Below are positions 56,693 through 64,000 of a stretch of DNA of 64,000 bases, piece by piece. Location: the NCBI GenBank assembly GCA_004764695.1, contig SMSO01000014.1, positions 1,483,648-1,547,647 on the forward strand. Reading direction: 5' to 3'. Below the pieces are notes generated by a model. That model saw only the letters and a list, made by a program, of their open reading frames with translations. It was not told the origin of the DNA and ran no database searches. Source of the DNA: Schizochytrium sp. TIO01 (Eukaryota > Protista > Bigyra: Labyrinthulomycetes). Made by a program: the position numbers and the translations under genes. Within the stretch, counting starts at the first letter, position 1. Every line of letters starts with the position of its first letter.

Positions 56693-59600
56693 ATAAAATA
56701 AATCCTTTAAGAAATAGTAAGCTGTATCGTCGGTGATTTTTTTTTTTGCGCGTACAATGGGAAATGGAACAGCCAATTTTTTTTAATGTGAGTACAACCC
56801 CAGGTTAACACTGGGATGCGTAAACAAGAACTCAGTGGTAGCGTTGGGTTTCTTTTCTCATCGTATGTTCTAGGATACTAGGCTAGTTTTCAATTATTTT
56901 TGTTTGCTCCTCAAACATCTCGTGGTCTTGTCTTGGTAAATTCGTATCAATTTCTTATTTGTGCTAGCCCGTGCGTTTCCTAAGGAGTCATGGGCAGCGC
57001 CAAGCCACTGCAGACTCAAACCATATACTTGAACGCGCAAATCGATTTACAGGCGTTATGCCCAGTGCCTATGAGGTTCGACCTAGTCCGTCCTTATCGC
57101 CAAAACGATCCAGATCCGATCTTGTGGTGCACTCATACCGATTACTAATAGTATGAAAAAATAGAACTGCACTAGATTGCCAAGTTTTTACCGTCTTGGT
57201 ACTATAAACCGTCCAATCCATCATGGCAGCAGAGTTGTTTCTGACTCATCGAGTAGGCGGTTGCATACTAACTCGCTCGCTAGTATGGCTGGTGCTGTAC
57301 TGCTGGGGACAGCATATGCAGCCACTTTTCTTGATTTCGATATTCTCCGTCACGTCATCGATGACCTATCGTTTCTTCCATCAAACTGTAGCGAGACTGA
57401 CAATAAGCATCATGCATCTAACCAATCCCCTTTGGCCTGTCCTGAAGCGCTGGTTCGACTGACTTCTTAATATTGGGAAAATCACTAGGCAAGCAGAGGT
57501 ATCCTATCAGCTTGTTTTGTAGAAGGTTCTGGTTGAGAATATGGACTTGAAGAGCTGCTTTGTAAACCTGTCTAAAATTAGATGATTTAAGATTAAAAAG
57601 TTTTTATTATTTTAATCTTTTTTATTATAAAAAACAAACAAAAAAGGAGAACAAAACATAACAAAACAGTTTTAATTAAATATATAGAAGCGTTTACTTG
57701 GAGGTTCACAGTTTTATTTTTTTTTATAAATGTTATATATATATATCTTTTAAACTATAATATTAATTTTAAAAAGGAAAAGAACAAAGAAATAATATCT
57801 TTGTTTGAGTTTCTGTTTCAATCATACTAGTAGTGGCTTCAGAGAGATCAGAATTTTGCTTAAAGTTGATAAGAAGTCCTAAAGACAAAGAAAAACCATA
57901 TTATATGTCTAGTTGTATCAATGTCAAAGAAGGTCAAGATAGCTCTCAATGTCGTTGGCTAGAACGCCTATCAAACGGTTCAAACTCAGTTTCGCTCGCG
58001 AACAACTAACTTTCTAAGAAGACGAGACTGTTGTATTCGTGATAGATGTTGATTTCTACGTGCCTTAAGCTCAACCCTAGTACATGTAACGATCGTTCAA
58101 TGCCAATGCTATCTCGATGCTTCACCAATCGACCTGGGAAACTCTTCTCCTACAGAAAATTAATATTTGATGATTCTTACTCACAGTCTTAAATTTTGCA
58201 TTAAAAAAAAGCCTCCACAATCCATGACCGATTCAAATTAAAGGTTTGATATCTTGATGGGGGCTGAAGGAAAGGGCGCCACTTGCTGCCAAATTCATTC
58301 AGGTAAGGCATAATTTTATCTTCCAGGAATGCCCATTCTGAGACAAGCGGGTATCAAGAAACTCCAGAGTCGTGAGAAATGTTATAAGGCAATTTCATTC
58401 AGCAAATTTTGCGCAGGGTTGTTGGAAAATTGAAGAAATTCTGTTCCGAGTTCACAAGATATGAATAATTGTCAGAGATATTGTCTTTCTTAAATGCCTG
58501 ATTGCTGGTTATTGTTAAAAAACAAACGAGTTGATATGACGGTGCGGAAGCACAATATCTCTTTTATGCGCACTGATCTACTCAGCTGGCACTCTTGTTT
58601 CACTCACTTTATATTTGTTGCAATTCAATGTTAGCCGTACTAAATCTTTATAAAATGATTCCTATAAATCTGACGTCATGGTGACATCGATGACAGCGAT
58701 GATTGAAGCACACAGTGCTCGCTCATGACGTCATTCAAATTAGATTGCGAGTATAATAGAGAACTTTAATAGAGACAATCAATCAAAAATTGACTTATCC
58801 AAGCACATACCAATTCGCAAAATTGTCAGACCTATCTGCTTACTGTGCAGGTTGTCACCGTACTCATATGTTGAATCAGCTTTTAAATTGCTAGCACGTA
58901 TCATTTATTACATTTTGGGTTGTGCACACCTAGGTGCCTTCTACTTCAATACTATTGGAGGCAACAAATCTGATTCTGGGATAGACCTTGCACTCAAAAC
59001 AAAGGTAGTTCTTCAAACCCATCTGAGACTCGAAGATCCTTCCGGGAAGATCTCTCTTTTTGACAGGATATGTAAAAGATCAGGGAAGAAGAAGCTTTGG
59101 CGAAAGACACGAAAAGCTGAAGAACTTTCTGATACATTGTCAAAAAGAAGACTAATAAAGAGTTGAAGTGAAAGTGATCACAAGGTCCCACCTGCATTCC
59201 GAAAGCCATCATGAGGTTTTACCGAAGGGCCAACATGCTTCTGTGGAAGATAATTTCTTTCTAACGACGGTTTTCTACCTCTGACGCCACTGACACTTGG
59301 GAACCCCAGTGGAGGTAGGTTGTTGGAGTACTCCAGCCCACTCACGGATGAATCATGTAGTTTCATTTTGCCGATACTGCCAGTGAGGGCGGTTCCAAGT
59401 CGCATGTTTTCTCCCATTTGCGATAGTTCCTCTCAGAGGTGCCCTCACTCTCAAGGTGGATTTTTCCTTTCCATCTCTCCCTCCTCTCCACTGTCTCCAA
59501 TCTCCACTGTAATTAATTTGTTTCTATCTCCAGAAAGCGTGTCATACTGGGAGTGCTTCCAATTATAGCTTCCCAGTTGTAAATCTGCCTAAACTTTTGT

Positions 59601-60927
59601 AAAGTTCGCCTGATTCCCTCTCACTATGAAAGAGACATTCTGCGAGCCCTCACATCGCTGTTGCCCCTCTCTTTTCCTTTCTCCTTTTATTTTTCCTTTC
59701 TTTCGCTTGGTCGCTCACAGTCTCTTCTTTAGGCGGCCTTTTACAGGCCTTAAGTACGCCCTCATTGGAACTGCTTTCTGCCGCCTCGTTCTTCTTCTTT
59801 TCGTCTGAAGAAGAGAGAAAGACAGACAGCGAGAGAGAGAGAGACAGAAAGAAAGTACCTGAACGAAAGATTGAACTCTCCTCTCCGTCTTCACGTCTAA
59901 TTTTCTACGTTTCTAACTTCCTCACTTTCAGTTCAAGAAGTTCTTTCTTTCTTTCTTTCTTTCTCTTCATAATCTTCGGTTGACTCTTAGGAAGACAGGG
60001 TCTAAGAACTTTCGAAGTTCAGATTCACGGTGTGATGAGAGAAAAGGAACAAAACTGTTTATTTTTAAAACATAAAAAGGTTTAAAAAAAGTATGCCACA
60101 TGTTTAGAGTTCTCGAGTTCTTCACGAACTCATATCCAAACCCGTCTTCACACATGCTGAAGCGCCGCTCAGGCCGTCTCAGTGCGTGTGTATGGATATC
60201 AGACGGGGAATTACAGGCCTGGACTCAGGTGGTGCGTGTTTATGCAGATGGGTTTGACTGTATCTGGGGTATAGGTATCCCCGTTCAAGGTTAAGTTGCA
60301 GACTTTAGACGTAACGAACTCAAGCAGTTCCATTGTTATTGCTGTTTTAATACAATATATATTGAAAACAATAATTTTTTTTAAATGATAATGATCATAA
60401 AATGAACTTAGTCAGTTAGGTAGATAGGAAGATAGGTACTGGTAGGCACTCAATAGTGAGGTCGCCCAACGAACTTGACTCCTATCATGAGATAAGTACC
60501 TCTATGGGACATTGTCTAAAAGAACTAACGACCCATTCATAATGCGAGAGTGCTCTAATCCCAGCTAACTGTATCTCGTAGTAGTAGCGGGTGAGAAAAA
60601 GATAGGCAAAGTCTGATGAGTTAAAAGATAAAGAAAGAAAGAAAGCGAAGATAAGAAAAGAGAAGAGAAGAGAAGAGATTCTCGAAATGAAGGATGATGT
60701 AATGGGGTGGATGATGTAAGATGATGTAATCTCTACGCCGAGATCGGAGGTCTCTGCTGTTGCGTTCTGCGAAATTATCCATGAGATTCGAGAAGCCAGG
60801 CGAGAAGAAACCCGGGTAGAGCATAGTTCTTGTTGCTCTAGACGCTACTAAATCCGTGCATTTGCAGCTTCCTCGCGGATATTCACATGAATGTGAATAA
60901 CTTTGTTTGCGTGAGTGAAAAGTAGAA

Positions 60928-60932
<5 letters not shown>

Positions 60933-60963
<31 letters not shown>
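60933..60963. repeat. (TA)n microsatellite
   Basis: Seen directly. Confidence 0.95.
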
Positions 60964-60966
<3 letters not shown>

Positions 60967-63196
60967 TGGCAGTATTAGGTAGTTAATGAATCAAATATAA
61001 GTAGGAAAAGTATAAGAATAGCAGAACAACGAAGAAAAAAAAAAGATTTTGAAATGAAGAACTGTTGTAAAGCTACCTCTTACCTATACGCAATCACTAT
61101 TAATTTAAAAAAAAAAAAAAAAAAAGGTACCTAGAAGGAATGATGTCGTCCTCACTGTTGTGAGGCAATCTCTTTAGTTAGAGTTAACAAATCAATGAAT
61201 AAATAAAAATTGAACGTACGAGAAAGAGAGCAAATATTGCCCAAAAGGACTGCTTCGGCGCAGAGAACACCTGGAAATCATGCATGAGTCGAAGCAGCGG
61301 CGGCTTTGAGGCTCTTTGCAAGAACGCCTGCCCATAGGGGAAGCTCAAGCGAGACCCAACAGAGAGCGCGAGAGAACGCAATGGCAGCGATTGAATGAAC
61401 CGACTCATGATAAATATTCATTCTTATTGTTTTTAACTTTTAATGAAAACGTTTTTTATGATAAAAACATAGAAAACATAAAAAGCTCAATCAAAATAAA
61501 TAAATAGATAAATAAGTAATTAGTCAATTAATTAATTAATTAAACAAATAATAGTAGTACCTGGGCCTAGGGCATAATCATAGTAATAATAATAGTAATA
61601 ATAATAACAATAAATAAAGTACAGAGTGCACAGTGCCTCCCTCTTATGGTTTCCGTTATGAGGTGCGGTAGGCGCCAAGGTCGTTAGCAGAGACGTAGGT
61701 AGGGTCCCGTAATAGTGCGAATAACGTGTATTAATACACAGTTTTGAGTTTAAATCAGTCGGGGAGTGCTATTGTAATGCATAGGTGGATGCTAGAAGCG
61801 CCCAGGCGATAAACGAGGAGAAAGAAACGTATTTTATTCAAGCAATTGAGACATCGATCGTCCGAAGAAGAAGAGAGACAGACGGCGATTCCGGCAAGGA
61901 GCGCGCGGGCGAGGCGGCTCGCGTGCGTGGCGTCGGAGGCTCTTGGCGACCAGGCAGACACCTCGCAGTGATCCTCTACCCCATAAATAGGCAACCCCTC
62001 GCGGCCCAGCGTCGCAGGCGGCACGTCGAGCGCGGCGGGACATCGAGGGCGGCGGCTTTTGAACGAGATTGAGCTGTTCTTCTTGGTCTTCTTTTGAAGC
62101 CCAAAGAAGAAGAACAGACACAGGGCAGGTGCGCACGGGCAGCCAGGCAGGAAGGGAGGCAGCCGGGAGGGCACGGGGGCTGAGAAAGCGACTCCGAGGC
62201 GAAGGGAGGCAGGCAGTGCAGGTGCAGCGCCGCGAGCACGCGGTAGCGACGGCGAACTTTCCCTCCCTCTCTCTTTCTTCTCTTACTTTTCCTCCCTTTT
62301 TCTTTCTTTCTCTCTTTCTCTTCTTTCTCTCTTTCTCTCTTTCTTTCTTTAAAGTTTTTCAATTGTTCACGTTATCTATCTAATAGATAGAGACCAAAGA
62401 CGAAGAACGAGGCGGAGATCGATCAAAACGCCTGAGCGAGCAGAAGAGCAAGGTAGTAGGAGCGCAACGAACACAGGCTCGCGGAGGCAGACAGGCAGCC
62501 AGACAGACAGACGAGGACAAGGACGAGCCGCTGGACTGGCGTCGTTGGTTCTAGGCTCTTTTTTCCCTCTGCGTCTGTTCTCGTTGTTCTTCTTCCTTTC
62601 TTCCTTTGTTTTCTTCCTTCGCTGAGGTGGTTTTTTCCCATCGCTTCTGTTGTTCCTTTCTTGTCTGGCGGATACCTTCTCTAGGCAGCGATTCTGGCTT
62701 CGCAGATTCCGACTTCGCAGAAAACTCTACTTGGGTCGAACTGAGCCCTGGTCTGGCTGACTGCCTGGCCGACAGGGTTAGTTGACTAGTTAGTTAGTTG
62801 GCGAGCCAGCAGGACCGTGCTGTCTTCGGTCTATCTCTGTCTTTCTTGGGATTGAGATACTTACTGCTTGGCTGTGCAACCGCTCTTTGTGCCGGTAATA
62901 ACTACAACAACAACAACAACAACAACAAACAAAAGCTCCTCAGCTGTACGAGGACAGGGCGTCGTACACAGCGCCAGGCAAGATTAGCAAAGATCGCGCG
63001 TGGATATAGATACAAATTCGTGTGTCTCCCAACTCGCTTACTTACTTGCTTGAGTGATTGAGTGAGTGAGTAAGGGAGTATATAGGACCAAGGGAAGAAA
63101 GTCTACACGAGGGAGGCTATTTTTTCTGTGATTGGGCGATATTGAAGAGGCGGGCAGGGACCGACAAGATCTCTCCCAAGATCAAAGTAAATAAAC

Positions 63197-64000
63197 ATGT
63201 ATAACCACACGGCACACGGATGGGCGACACAAACAGTGGACGAGTCCGAAGACGCCGAGGTGCAAGGGATCCTTGGGGCTCACGGGCACCCAGCAGCAGG
63301 CCCCACGGGAGGGGCCTTAAACCATCACCAACAGCAACATCAACACAGCAATTCGCATGTTGATTATGATGTAAATAATTTCCTCATGGGTAAAAGCATT
63401 TTCGCTCCGTCAGGGAACTCCTACATCAATGGAAGGGACGGCGAGGAAAGTCAATTGAATGCTAATGTTGCAGAGTTTACGCCGAGAGGAGGGCCTTACA
63501 TGGTGCAAATGCCAACACCGCCGCCTCAGGCAGATCATTACGGGGATCAGCAACACCAGCATCAACAGCACCAGACTCATATGGGTAGTATGATGGGATC
63601 ATACGATGGAATGTGGCCGCAGCATCAACAACAACAACAGCAGCAGCAGCAGCAGCAGCGGCAACAACAACAACACTCTTCTCATTCGCATCATTTCGCA
63701 GGGCAAGGGAACAATCGTTCTCACCATCGCACCCCGGGCCCTGGACAAACAAACCCTCTTGGTCCAAGCCCACCGAACCCGTTTCGTTATGGTCTCGAAG
63801 GCCTCTCTTACCAAGGGTCTGACATGCTGCAATACGCACCTGACCATGGGCGTGGGGGGGCTGCAGCTCAGTTTCACTCTAATCAATTCTTCTTTGATTC
63901 AGATGCGGCGTCGAATTCCTATGCTATGGACTCTTCTTCCGGAAATAGTCAAGGAGACATGTCATGGTATGACCAGCTTCCCCAACAGCATCACCACCAT
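63197..64000 (+). CDS. 5' part of a Gln/His-rich protein with a PAM2 (PABP-interacting) motif; runs off the window
   Basis: Absent from the ORF track because it has no stop in the window. The frame from AAACATG at 63197 stays open for 268 codons to the end: MYNHTAHGWATQ...SQLNANVAEFTPRG...polyQ. Confidence 0.82.
   Translation, partial: MYNHTAHGWATQTVDESEDAEVQGILGAHGHPAAGPTGGALNHHQQQHQHSNSHVDYDVNNFLMGKSIFAPSGNSYINGRDGEESQLNANVAEFTPRGGPYMVQMPTPPPQADHYGDQQHQHQQHQTHMGSMMGSYDGMWPQHQQQQQQQQQQQRQQQQHSSHSHHFAGQGNNRSHHRTPGPGQTNPLGPSPPNPFRYGLEGLSYQGSDMLQYAPDHGRGGAAAQFHSNQFFFDSDAASNSYAMDSSSGNSQGDMSWYDQLPQQHHHH

Noticed and set aside
57040-58000. GGTTCGA/GGTTCAA B-box-like motifs near 57075, 57452 and 57977
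   Set aside because: I could not build a T-stem or cloverleaf around them, with or without an intron.
61755-62383. Several 95-139 aa ORFs on both strands
   Set aside because: They arise from GC-rich promoter/UTR and purine-pyrimidine SSR sequence, and the translations are low-complexity.

Overview
Eukaryotic nuclear DNA with few introns: short GT-AG introns with CTRAC/CTAAC branch points, large microsatellite-rich intergenic tracts, and flagellar plus RZZ-kinetochore genes. It looks like a thraustochytrid/labyrinthulomycete stramenopile, but that is inference from style only. Two gene-dense blocks are separated by a ~12.6 kb non-coding tract (19.1-31.7 kb), and a second ~6.5 kb non-coding tract (56.7-63.2 kb) follows. 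Recognisable genes: arginyl-tRNA synthetase with an N-terminal GST-like domain, CFAP52-like WD40 protein, TGS1-like cap methyltransferase, MORN protein, secreted sulfatase, acyl-CoA synthetase, IPK1, a 79-aa orphan, amidase, ROD/KNTC1, a ~3,100-aa AP2-like/IQ/EF-hand protein, TEX47-like, PRMT3, UBA3, and the start of a PAM2/polyQ protein. The standout is a tRNA-Lys(UUU) gene at 17170-17320. Its 5' acceptor strand is separated from the rest of the tRNA by a 79-nt intervening sequence carrying all the marks of a spliceosomal intron (GTAAGT...GCTAAC...CAG), between tRNA positions 9 and 10. Removing it gives a complete 72-nt cloverleaf. Three protein genes show single-base frame breaks at short homopolymers, probably assembly indels.
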